Positions 47,601-56,743 of a stretch of DNA of 64,000 bases are shown here, in pieces. Below the pieces are notes generated by a model that saw only the letters and a program-made list of their open reading frames with translations, was not told where the DNA came from and did not search any database. Within the stretch, counting starts at the first letter, position 1. Each line of letters opens with the position of its first letter. Location of the stretch: positions 12,648,001-12,712,000 of the forward strand of contig CAIIXF020000001.1 of the NCBI GenBank assembly GCA_903813345.2, read 5' to 3'. The position numbers and the translations under genes are program-made. Origin of the DNA: Owenia fusiformis. Lineage: Eukaryota.

Positions 47601-48099
47601 CCCTCCGAACTTCGTTCGATGGGATGAAAAGGTTCAAAATCATCTACAAGTTCTCAGAAGTACAAATCAAGATTGAACTCATAATATTGCGAGCAACTAG
47701 GTGGTGACATTTTATCATGTTAATGGCTTGTATTTGTATGCTGGAATGATTCTTTTATAATATAATAGATATATTTATAAAGCAATTATTTTTCAGGATG
47801 GGTCCATCATATCTCTATTTAGAAATGACATTCCAAAGGACATCATTCCTATAGTGGTTGGTGCAGGATTCAATATTCAACAAGACAAATACAACTGGAA
47901 ATACAGGAACTTACACACTGATATAGAAAGGGAACAAAAAAACAAGAGCCTTGTGGAGATATGTAGAATTGTAATTAGGCGGATACTTATAAGATGCAGT
48001 AGGGGACGTAGTATCTTAAATAGTATAGATGAACTTCCATTACCTTTGACAGTTAAAGGATTTGTCCATCTAGAAGACCTCCTAGATTCAACTGAATGA
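23610..48099 (+). CDS. Ankyrin repeat and SOCS box-containing (ASB-like) protein (~310 aa, 7 coding exons)
   Basis: Exons 23610-23744, 25669-25767, 26635-26733, 39043-39141, 41691-41789, 43666-43764, 47797-48099; all GT-AG, phase 0. Five 33-aa ankyrin exons (e.g. DGRTALHVACRIGNEAIVDQLIKGGADINAKSK). C-terminal SOCS box KSLVEICRIVIRRIL...IDELPLPLTVKGFV. Confidence 0.9.
24165..24547. mobile_element. hAT-like MITE with 6-bp TSD
   Basis: CATTGGCGTCAGAAGG / CCTTCTGACGCCCCTG termini; TACATG direct repeat at 24159-24164 and 24548-24553. Confidence 0.7.
25142..25330 (+). mobile_element. tRNA-derived SINE
   Basis: Pol III A box TGGCTCAGGGG and B box GGTTCGATTCC, then a non-tRNA body GGGGCATTGAATTTAGCACA...; partial second copy from ~50612. 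Anticodon arm does not pair well. Confidence 0.7.
25830..26590 (+). mobile_element. Partial copy of HINE/Helentron-like family H1
   Basis: Same TTTTAAGTTATTTTTGTTCAACATCAATACAGAAAACTCCCCTATGACTCCTGGTTCAAAAGCTCGCC units as 39751-41446. Confidence 0.7.
28324..38464 (-). CDS. Nested antisense gene: secreted mosaic protein (signal peptide, chitin-binding type-2-like, 3 cystine knots, 2 Sushi/CCP, 2 cystine knots, vWA; ~637 aa, 12 exons)
   Basis: Exons 38464-38383, 37199-36969, 36530-36399, 36204-36064, 35494-35417, 35155-35047, 32691-32588, 31198-31013, 30493-30392, 29709-29629, 29133-28735, 28592-28324. Phases join into one open frame. N-terminus MEVIVWSSIIVIFSYGLHKANA. Canonical Sushi CTNLPAPENG...FECDEGYQLTGPSEIECTEDGWNQEAPEC. 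vWA DIVFSVDTSCS...TNT...AIVLTDG. One GC donor (31012); the donor at ~30392 and the last exon end are less certain. Confidence 0.8.
31284..31789. mobile_element. Tc1/mariner deletion derivative
   Basis: ~75-bp TIR CAGTGTGTCCCAAAAAAAGGAAACCAGC..., TA TSD; internal remnant RADICIERNGGHV resembles the transposase C-terminus. Confidence 0.85.
32024..32542. mobile_element. Transib-like MITE
   Basis: CACACCGGAATAGCCTGACA... / ...TGTCAGGCTATTCCAGTGTG, ~73-bp TIR; flanks GTAGA/ATAGA (4 of 5 match). Confidence 0.7.
33065..34376. mobile_element. Unclassified TIR element with TATGG...CCATA termini and 6-bp TSD
   Basis: GGTGTG at 33059-33064 and 34377-34382; subterminal TGCTTCTTTATTC / GAATAAAGAAGCA; internal inverted motifs (GGTGTCACTCC / GGAGTGACACC). 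Confidence 0.65.
35718..35975. mobile_element. MITE with ~43-bp TIR
   Basis: ATGGCAAGATACCCTTACATATTCAGCTCTTGTAATGGCATTA vs TAATGCCATTATAAGAGCTGAATATGTAAAGGTATCTTGCCAT. Confidence 0.7.
38976..39013 (+). repeat. (TTTG)n microsatellite upstream of the ASB exon 4 acceptor
   Basis: About 9 TTTG units read directly. Confidence 0.9.
39438..39618. mobile_element. Second copy of the CAGG-terminated MITE, 5-bp TSD TATAT
   Basis: Body nearly identical to 2541-2754 with a deletion near the left end; TATAT at 39433-39437 and 39619-39623. Confidence 0.8.
39751..41446 (+). mobile_element. Full-length DINE-1/HINE-like (Helentron non-autonomous) element with internal tandem array, family H1
   Basis: 5' subTIR GCTCACATGGTG (39756-39767), (GTCY)n microsatellite 39789-39838, five related internal blocks (~150 and ~340 bp spacing), 3' subTIR CACCATGTGAGC (41415-41426), hairpin AGTACC-CAC-GGTACT (41429-41443), T-rich flanks. 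Confidence 0.85.
43047..43624 (-). mobile_element. mariner/Tc1 deletion derivative
   Basis: TA|CAGGGTGGTCAAAAAAAA ... TTTTTTTAACCACCCTG|TA; minus-strand remnant WPLLP...YLWGYSRDRVY...LKSEI resembles the catalytic C-terminus. Confidence 0.8.
43871..46996 (+). CDS. LINE ORF2: partial AP endonuclease + reverse transcriptase (1041 aa)
   Basis: Uninterrupted ORF in the supplied track; the N-terminal endonuclease motifs are missing. Confidence 0.9.
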   Translation: MVTVDLERLWIRVKINNNFLNLGVTYFPVDGKNSILSEKLMDELISNVAEVESDDTYTLLMGDFNGKATKFCKGQSSQNGKLIDLFSDVTGMHMLNSINCQGEITWSRGTQHSSIDYCFGNHNFMKVYQYMIIDETHEEASLGSDHSFMIINAILPSQSGNLKTNVPPDNKDEDTVIWNINDNTDWDCFRNAINTEFSSWDISKCSNIEDAWSSFKENIMKAAHIGVGIKRVPTNHRSFWDKEIKLLINNRKEASRFYRYWSRSKSADPDILREIWNLYLERKKQVQLKIVESHVKNHIKVLTSNARSLSKCSRSYWKKLKMFNENNGYPIQIQDPNNKDMILTDPKAISEALHLYWERVGRNNRNPKFTSNNLSDKIDSLLKETNYDNNALNSFCFTYAELVQCLRKLNNGKKCGTDNIPNEFLKYGGNTMFSSLFDLFNKVKSLEVIPTEWKEGLLVPLFKRGLNIDLNNYRGLTMNSNVYKIYTSLLDSKIKLNSESCDLLGDSQGAFRENLRLENHIFALKGLCSLRKSSKKNTFLSFFDISKAFDVIDRNMLFVKLWEMGIQGKIWRLLHEAYRDVCNKVIFGNFTSPWYSSTSGLKQGCCLSPSLFSLVMTDLVDRLNKENLGIPFNNIKVPTLLFADDIVLMAESESQLNHMLKIADQFGSCWGFKFDPNKTKVMVIGKRIDKNKTWVLGDLEIKEVDTYKYLGIHLNRQLRDNYHVNVVLKEKDKKLRNLVASTLTKHINYNRISFGNTLYYSQYLPALLHGCGVLILDKTSEKTLSSMQYKLAKSIFQLKCNPAKAAMLGDLGWRSIINIIQKRQIDYFLYLKFSMRNGLHKAIFDKLFENFKGRVKTCWPYFENIQDILIEHGLDDVVFRDDNEWYDSFLTISSQQHKSNFLSECSSKSSLEFYESIKQTPFLENYLTSSNDFVGQRLKFKARTGCLGIGTDLKRRKCDDGFCKLCSLCHNQRERIDFYNRIKTSCSPDVFNMFLTLPLNEKLKWCLGDVVFSIWGKDQGFLFDKCVKQFLVTINNDILNS
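43871..47160 (+). mobile_element. 5'-truncated non-LTR retrotransposon (APE-RT LINE) with (TAAA)n tail, in ASB intron 6
   Basis: ORF has endonuclease motifs MGDFN, SIDY, GSDH and RT motifs YRGLT, FFDISKAFD, GLKQGCCLSP, LLFADD, YKYLG. Short 3'UTR ends in a TAAA repeat at ~47130-47160. No TSD found. Confidence 0.95.
47161..47628 (-). mobile_element. Truncated HINE-like family H2 copy abutting the LINE tail
   Basis: AAAATGGCAGCCATTTTTTCAAAATG... body and terminal TATATCCCTCCGAACTTCGTTCGATGGGAT. Confidence 0.7.
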
Positions 48100-49285
48100 T
48101 TTGTGATTGTTCTTCAATCTGAATATCCAAGTATAAGTGCCAAAGTGCCTTTTTTGACTGGTTCCCATTATGACTTATAACAGAATGGATGAACTACCAT
48201 AAGAGGTTGATTTGTATCCAAATATATTGCTGTAATAATGTATGCATTCACACAGACAACTCTGTGCATATTGGTCGGCCTAAAAGATGGTACTTGCCAT
48301 CCTGCTATAAATGCTGCCAAATATAATATTCCATATATATAAGCAACAGTGTATATTTACCATTTACTCTAACCTTGATTTGCAGTAAGACAGACATATA
48401 ATTACGGATAATTTTCTTAGGCACAAATCAGATAAACAATACAACAATTGTGATCATCCTCCTAAACAGGTGTCCAGAATCCGTACCTCCTTCTTCCCTC
48501 TGCTATAACCAATTTGGAAGCGCCCGATTAAACTGAATCACGTGATCTAATTATGCGCAATGACTTACACATGATTTCTGTCGCAGTGTTGCGACAGCCA
48601 ATCAGACTGCGGGTTCTTAATCGGGGAAATGCTAACTGCTTATAGCAGGGTGTAAAAAGAAAGAATATATTCTGGATTTTGAAGCCCTGTGATTGGAGGA
48701 TGATTGTGATCTACGCTAAATTTCCTTCAATTTGAGTATAATATAGCCATACTTTGAATAGATCAGGAAATTATTGCATAATCACACATTAGGCGGCCAT
48801 TTTGAATGATATTTTCGAGGCCCAAATCAGAAAAACGATACAATATTTGCAATCTACTCTGAATTGCCTTTCATTTGAGTATAATGAAGCTATACTTTAG
48901 AAAAATCTCAAAATTAACCAATACACAGCCCTTGGGGGTCAGGGTGAAAAACACGAAATATATGTGAAATAGATAGATGTTTTGAATATACTACCAAAAT
49001 TTCAAACAAAAATATTTATAACTTTGGTTTAAAATGAAAAACATAAGATTCTCGCAAAAAATTCCCTAAGGTAGATATATCCCGTAAAGCAGCGGCCATC
49101 TTGAAAAAATATTTTTTTGGTAAAACTATTTACCAATTTACATCTTTCCACCAAATATGAAGAAAATTTGTCCACTAGTATTTGAGTTATCTTCTGGATG
49201 GACATGCGGACGGACTGAGGGCTTCACTTTTTCCCTACCGAACCTCGTTCGTTGGGATAACTCAATGACTATTGAAATATGACTA

Positions 49286-49875
49286 TTTATCCTATGCCAA
49301 GTAGAGTTTTAGGGAGATAAGTTGGTAAGATATCCCGTATCCTGATTTTGACGTTTCCATATCCTGAACCTTCGAAAAAAAAAATTGAAAAATAGGAAAA
49401 AATTGAAAAAAAGAAAAAATTAGAAAACTCTACTTGGTATAGGATAAAGCAGTTTATACGGTCAGTTTGGATATTGGGTTCATCCCTCGTGAGATATGCA
49501 CATCTACCTTCGGTCCCTAAGGTAGATATGCATATGTCCCTCTGGATAAACCCCATATCCAAAACCTCCCAGTACATAACCCTTATTTATCCTATGCCAA
49601 GTAGAGTTTTAGGGAAACAAGTTTGTAAGATATATCCCGTATCCTGATTTTGAGGTTTCCATATCCAGAACCTCCATATCTCCCGCTTCGGTACATATCT
49701 TCCCGCTTCGGTGCATATCATCGGCTTCCAGTAAGTAGTGGAAATGCAATAAAATGACTTTGCATAAGAATGATTTGTTTATTTTTACACCTTGTACTAT
49801 TGAAATGGCCATATGCCCCTGAAAACTATATTTGGTATAGGATAAAGCAGTTATGTACGGTCGGTTTGGATATAT
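49286..49875. mobile_element. Head-to-tail dimer of repeat family H4
   Basis: TTTATCCTATGCCAAGTAGAGTTTTAGGGA starts at ~49286 and again at ~49586; same family as 16597-16975. Confidence 0.7.
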
Positions 49876-51169
49876 CAAATAAATGTATAGAGTGAAACAA
49901 TCGAACGATGGGACATCTGCCAAGTTGGGTTTATACATTCTGTAGACATTTTCTGAGACTGATAAAAATTTCACATTTTCACAGGAAGTGAACCAAAAAA
50001 TCTTAAATGTTTCTTTTTGCATTTCTTGAAAATATAAATATTTATCTACAATTTGATCCTACATATTAAGGATATTAACAACATTGCATTTTTCACAAAG
50101 TTTAAGTGCCCCCGGGGGCGTCTATAGCCATTCGTTCTTTTCACAATTGGAGGCGATTACCTCTACATCTTTATAACCAGTACAGATGGTATAAGAACGT
50201 TTATTCTGGGTACACTATCCTAGCCAGTATACAGGGTGGTTCAAAAAAGTGAACCCCTGCAACAGGCTATATTTTCCTTAATACATGCATGGATTGGCTC
50301 ATATTATCACATCTTGTAGAGAAAGGTCTAAAATTTTTGTTGATACCATAATTTATTCGCAGTCTTGAATTTTTAAGAAATTACAAGACTTACACAAACA
50401 TGCCTAAAATTAGATATTGTGCATAACTTCACCAATGTGATGCACGGAAATTGTTGAAACACAGCTTTGTATAAAAAAACACCTCATACCCATCTACCCA
50501 CGTACGTTGGACATGATACAGTCTTTGAAGGGTTCAAGATCTTGGTTTATTAAATCTTAGTTTTAGAAGCATTTGTAAAGACACATGATAAGTTGCTACT
50601 ACAGCCCAGCTGGGTTCGATTCCCATTCGGGGCATCGAATTTAGCACACTTTCTTTCAATTTCTTTATATGGCTTGTTGGACCTATGCTCACAGACGATA
50701 GTTAGTTAGTTATTCCCCTGGGGCGCCCTTGGGTCATTACACATTACAATGCACCCACATGCCTTTATTTATGGATCTGTACGTCTAGTCATAAAATAAA
50801 GCGGGGATTGCGGAAATGTTAATAATTAGAGCTGTTTCGAGATATCTTTAAAATTAAACCCTTCAATGACTGTATCATGTCCCACGTAGGTGGGTATGAG
50901 GTTGAAGGTTTTTTATACAAAGCCTTGAAACACATCAGATGATCTTAAAAAGGTTTCGGTGAGAGATATTAGTTTAAAACCCTACCATATGACAAATGGG
51001 ACGTGATTTGAGTAGAAAACACAATTTTCATTTCCATTGACCATTTGGAGGCAGTTTTAACCATTCAACAGTTAAAGGGCATCTTAAAAATGTCTTACAA
51101 AAATCAAAAAGAAATTTAATATTCAGTGTTTTGAGCCATATTTTATTAGAATTGGTGCATAATTAACCA

Positions 51170-52157
51170 GAACAACGGCAACGCCAAAGCGTAGCGAATC
51201 CCATCGAACAGAAATGGCTGGTATTTTTACAAATGAATAGCAAATATCATAAAACAACACACCAGAAAGGCCACCATTTTCAAAATGGTTGCTCACTAGC
51301 CAAGTTGTCATCAGGAGAAATAATATGCTTTTAAGTAGCCACCTCTAAAATTTTTGAAAAATCGCACACGTACTTGTAAAATAACACACATAAAATGGTG
51401 GCCATTTTTCAAAATGGCCGACTACTCCCCAAAGTTTTATTAGACAATGTGCCATGCTTAAAGTATTCACATATCAAATATGAACAAAATCGCTCCACTA
51501 CTTTTCGAGTTATAGTAAAATACGTTAAAATGGCTGCCATTTTTCAAAATGGCCACCTTCTACCAAAAGTGTCATTAGAAAATTATGTTAAAATTGCGGC
51601 CATTTTTCAAAATTTTTTCAAAATGGCCGCCTTCTACCAAAAGTGTCATAGGACAGTGTGCCCTGCTTATAGTATTCACATACCAAATATGAACAAAATC
51701 GCTCCACTACTTTTCGAGTTATAGTATTTTTTCACATTTTTCTCAAAATGGCCGCCTTCTACCAAAAATGTCATAGGACAGTGTGCCAAGCTTATGGTAT
51801 TCACATACCAAATATGAACAAAATCTTTCCACTACTTTTCGAGTTATAGTAAAATACATTAAAATGGCGGCCATTTTTCAAAATGGCCGCCTTCTACCAA
51901 AAGTGTCTTTAGACAGTGTGCAATGCTTATAGTATTCACATACCAAATATGAACAAAATCGCTCCACTATTTTTTGAGTTACAGCAAAAATCGTAAAATG
52001 ACGAGTAAAGGCCGCCATTTTTCAAGTTGGCTGCCATGTGCTTCTTTAATATCTACATTTGTAGCATTATTAATGTCCTTTATAATTTTTTTTACATTTA
52101 AAACATATTGCTATTGCAGTTTTACATATTGCACCTAAATTACTGTAAAATCGGCAC
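51170..52157 (-). mobile_element. HINE/DINE-like family H2 copy with ~125-bp internal tandem repeats
   Basis: Begins AACAACGGCAACGCCAAAGCGTAGCGAATCCCATCGAAC; repeated AAAATGGCCGCC...TATTCACATACCAAATATGAACAAAATCGCTCCACTACTTTTCGAG. Near-identical to 58466-59746. Confidence 0.8.
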
Positions 52158-52442
52158 CGTGTAAATGGATATGTACCTTGACTCTGTTCTCTATATTTCA
52201 GGAAATTTTCAATTTAATCTCTCTATTACAATAGGTCAAAAATTGATGTCAAAGTTGAGGAATTTTTAGAAAATGGCAGAACACATGTTAACCAATGGGA
52301 AAATGTGGGTTAGGGGCAAATCAGATTTTTGGATATCTATTCGGTAAAACATTTATTAAAAATAATTTCTGAGTAGACAATTGATTTGTTTTACTTTCTG
52401 CATGTTTGGTGTTAAGCTTACTTTGTGAGAATTACAGATAAA

Positions 52443-55400
52443 CAGTGCGTATAAAAAAAACGCAACAGGCCAAGAAATATGTTCGGAAACAAGGAAATGG
52501 TGGTTCGCGGTCAGAGATTTCACGTTCGCGATGTAAGAATCGTGGTTCGAGCGCAAGGAACGTAGTTCGCGGTATCAGAACTGATGTTCGCGTTGTTGGA
52601 AGTCTAGGAGGCCTCAGACCTCATCATCCGCTCGTCGCAACGCAAGCGCACCGCAACGCAAGTTTTGGCAAATCGCATTTCAGGATTTGTATCATCCGCT
52701 CGGCGCAACGCAATCGCAAATTGGAAGATTTTCAATCGCAACTGACCAAAATGTTGCGATAGCTCTTACCCTGTCGCAAATCGCAAATATTACCCATCTT
52801 TAAGACAATTGTTATCTATTTCAAATGTGTCAATCTGGGAGTTTCTTTATTGATTGCGTAAGTGTGTTCTTTTCTCAAGGCGACTGTGTAATAAAAAGTT
52901 AGTTTATTTATTTATTTTATTTATTTATTTAGATATAAACTTTTTTAACAGTGGCACTCTTACATTAAGGTGCATCTAATCGAAAGTATCCACAATGCCA
53001 TGTTGGTTAAAAACAGAACCTTTTATCAAAATAAAATGAGTCTTATTTTATGTCTTAGTTTATGTTTTTTGAAAGTGCTTAAATCAAAGGAAACGTTAAT
53101 GGTATGAGGGGTGTTTAAAACCTTCGAATTTTATAATTAAATCCAAATTCTGATCGCAAATCCAAGAAAACGAAACGCAACATTCATTCCCAGCATCGCT
53201 AAAAATTAGCATAACTTTGAGGTTCTTTCCAAGTATCTGTCTCGAGGTGGTGGGAGAGGTGTCAACTATTATGTCAAGGTACAGTGTATTGTAATTCTCG
53301 ATTATGCAGGCTGACTTCCGTGGATCAAGGTATTTATATTAAAAGGTAATAGTATAAAGTAGAGTAAATACTAGCATGTAGATAACATCCAGGAATTTCA
53401 CTTAATGAAACCCTTGGCCAAGGTCAACTTGAATGTATAATTTCCCTCGAAATACGTCCATGGGGGTATTTTGAAATGAAATGAGAAATTACATTGACCC
53501 ACCATCGAACGAAAATCGGTATTTGTTAAATTGGAGGTTTCGATGGCATCATATACGTTCATTTGCGTTGGAATATTGGAATTTTAGTAGAAAGGTGCAA
53601 ATGGTCCTTTACTTCCCAGCCACATTATCTATGGCGACCGTGCGGTCTATCATTTCTGCGGTCGTCAGTAACATTTCTAGTTTTCTACGCTCTCCGTAGA
53701 ATTTCTGAGTCGGATACTTCTTTTACAGTCACATTTTCTACGGCAGCCGCCCTGTGAGTTCTTGAATTTCTGTTGATTAACGTTAATTTTGCTTTTTATT
53801 TTATCTACATCAGTACTTAATGGTGTTTGTAGTGTTGGGATATAGTATCGAATAAAAAGTTGCTGTGGTATAAGTGACCTCACATCAAACAGTATACGCA
53901 TTGTTTATAGCAAATATATCACCGAAAACTGACATAAAAACTGTTTTCAAAGGTACATTACCCATCAAACCCTACAACAGAAGCAAGTTAACGGCAAAAC
54001 CGACGTGCGGCCACCGTTAGACCTTTCTGCGGTCTGGCAACGGTCTATTGATTTCTACGGGGACCGCAGGAATGAACAAATATTATCTCCGAGTTCAAAT
54101 TTTTACAGCTACCCTGCGGACTGTAAAAAACTGGACGCCTTACGGAGACCGCAAGGCTCGACCGTAATTTTTCTACGCTCGCCGCAGAAATTTACTGAAT
54201 TGATCTGCGGTCCATCCTCTCGACCGAGTGGACAGTCGTCAGTCAGAACACGCTCTTATCCGAGTAAAGTTTCGTCTGTACAGACTTTCATCTGAGTGCA
54301 TCCTTCTCGGTACACTCTCTCACCGGTGTAAAACCACGTCATACATGCTCTAACCTGCGACCCGGGTGCACCTTCGACAGTAAATACTTTCACAAGACGA
54401 GTGCACCCTTGTGGGTACACTCTCAAAACTGGGGCACCCTCGTGATAGCACACTCAACTACGATGCACCCGAATGAGAGTGTGTAATGACTAGGGTGCAC
54501 TAGGATTAGAGTATGTGATGACAAGGGTGCACTCGGGTGAGAATTTGTACTGATATTCAACTATTAATGGGTTCCCGATCGCGAGATTCATGTAATGACT
54601 GAATGATGTACAAGAACAATATACTTAGAAATAAAGCCCATGAAGATTGTACTTTAAGACCAGTGATTATGTGTTATATCGTTACACGTTAATTGATATT
54701 TTTTGAGATAAGTATTTGATTAATAAGCCCCGGTTAGTCCATGGGCATCAAAAAAGTTCTGTGACACGGACATTGTATTTTATTAATGACTTCCCCGCCA
54801 ATTTATATATTAAGTTGGAATTATAATTTTGCGATCGCATGTGGTAATCTACCACTTACGTTGCGATCTGCGTTGCGATGGGTGTGTGATGAGACGCAAC
54901 TCACAATGACTCGGGAGTTGCGCTAGCGCAAATTGTCGATTCGCAAACGCAACGCAAATCTTGCGACGAGCGCGTGATGAGGCCTCTGCTCTTTACAATG
55001 ATATATCATTCATTGATATTTGGTCATGGTTGGGTAAGTAATCATTCCATTTGCAAAGTGATTCCATTTGCAAAGTGGGCCAAAATTAGCTTGGGACCAA
55101 GTTATAAACATCGCAAAAGTCGGTGTTCGGAGCCCGGTGCAATATTGGAAGAAAACATAAAACCAATGCGGACTGCATCCTTTTCCTTCAATGTACCAAA
55201 AAGCCAAATTACTCCTCTTTGCAGTGGAATATCGTTCATTCACAGCGAGTCATCTCTGGCCGAATAATCATTAATTTTGCAAAGTGGGGCTCGAACCCAA
55301 GTTTTAAACATTGCAAATGTCAGTACAAGGTGTAGCATAGACAGTAAACTGAGGTGTTCATACTCTTGCAATACATCCTATACCCTTCCAAATTGCCACC

Positions 55401-55788
55401 ACTTCCTTGCACATTAAGATGCACTCATCTGTCCCAACATGCATGGTTCAGCCCCGAGTCATCTGTGAGTTAAAGCAGGGAAAAGCAGCCTGTTGGCGAT
55501 TCTTTTTCGAGGTTTTGCAATATCTGGTGGAGGAATTGCGAGGGCAGATGCTTCTGAGATAGCTCCAAAAGAAAAAGTCACAACAAATCAAGTCGGGGGA
55601 ACTTCCATTGGCACTCAACCCTTTCACTGATTTTTTCAATTTCTAAAACTTGGTCCAAAGCCGATTTTGACCCACTGTGCAAATGGAATGATTATTCACC
55701 CAACCATTACATGTGAATGAATGACCTAGTCCTCACAAGTTTTGTGATTTTACGAGAGAACTACTTGTTGCGTTTTTTATACGCCCTT
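52443..55788 (-). mobile_element. Degenerate mariner/Tc1 element nested in 52164-56123
   Basis: TIR GCGTATAAAAAAAACGCAAC / GTTGCGTTTTTTATACGC; remnant SPDLICCDFFFWSYL (ORF 55448-55639) matches the SPDLxPxDFFLWGYL motif. Confidence 0.7.
52616..54985. mobile_element. PIF/Harbinger-like TIR element nested in the mariner remnant
   Basis: CCTCATCATCCGCTCGTCGCAA / TTGCGACGAGCGCGTGATGAGG termini with many subterminal CGCAA motifs; TSD not clear. Confidence 0.55.
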
Positions 55789-56360
55789 TAGAGCATCAAC
55801 TCATTTTTGACCCCTGTGTTAAGGTGTTATTTCAATGGGAGGTTTATGGAGAAATGATCTAGACTTTTGATATTCACAACTTTGTAAAACCTGGAGAAAC
55901 AAATCAATGTTTTGTTGCAGACAAGTTAGCAAATTCAATAGTCTTTTTAAATTCCATATTTGAGAGCAATTGAATGGATGAATGTTTTCTCATGACTTTT
56001 GGCAACCCAACTACTTCCCATTGGTTTACGTGGGTTCTGCCATTTTTTAAAATTCCTCAAATATTGTAACGGAGATGGAAAATTTTCTGAAATACAGAGA
56101 ATAGAGTCCGGTACATATCCATTGACATTATCAGTTTTTCTTTTGTTTTAGGCTTTGAAAATCATGTAAACCTATGAGGAAAAATACTGGTCCGTAACTT
56201 TTTTTGAGGAGTATATCTAAATACCACATATACAGATATAGTAAGTGTCAATCTTTTAACAATGGCACTACGGAAAAGTTAGATACATGGATTTTAAATG
56301 TCATAAAATAATTTCAAGTTACAAAACAAAATGGAGTGAGATGTATACATAAGACCATAG

Positions 56361-56366
56361 TTTATT
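56361..56366 (-). terminator. Candidate polyadenylation signal for EF-1alpha
   Basis: AATAAA on the minus strand ~380 nt after the stop codon. Confidence 0.5.
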
Positions 56367-56743
56367 TAGCATAATTGTGTGTACATGATCGTACATTGTT
56401 TAAAAAAAATAAAATCATCACCACAGCATGTTACATTGCAACAAGCACATAAGTTAAGGTACTTGGTTTAGCTACCTTTCCTTCGGAATTCTTTCCGATG
56501 GTGTTTAGACCTAATTAACCATACTGGTAAAGAAATTAAAATCACAAGCGGCATCGGTTGATTAATCATTCTATACTGTCTCTTCATCTGATTAGACTGA
56601 TGATCACGTACAATGTTCTCTGCATGAATAAACATAGCTCTACTTGAAATACATTTAGTTTTTAAGTTTTTTAAGTTACTCCTGGGGTTCTGGGTTCTGC
56701 TGTCATTTTTGGACTGACTGAGATTAGGCAATGTCCACAACCA

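Larger units (their letters stand above)
52164..56123. mobile_element. Long-TIR DNA element containing nested insertions
   Basis: AATGGATATGTACC..GACTCT.TTCTCT.TATTTCAG.AAATTTTC...AAAATGGCAGAAC...AACCAATGGGAA at the left end is mirrored at ~56005-56123. Confidence 0.7.
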
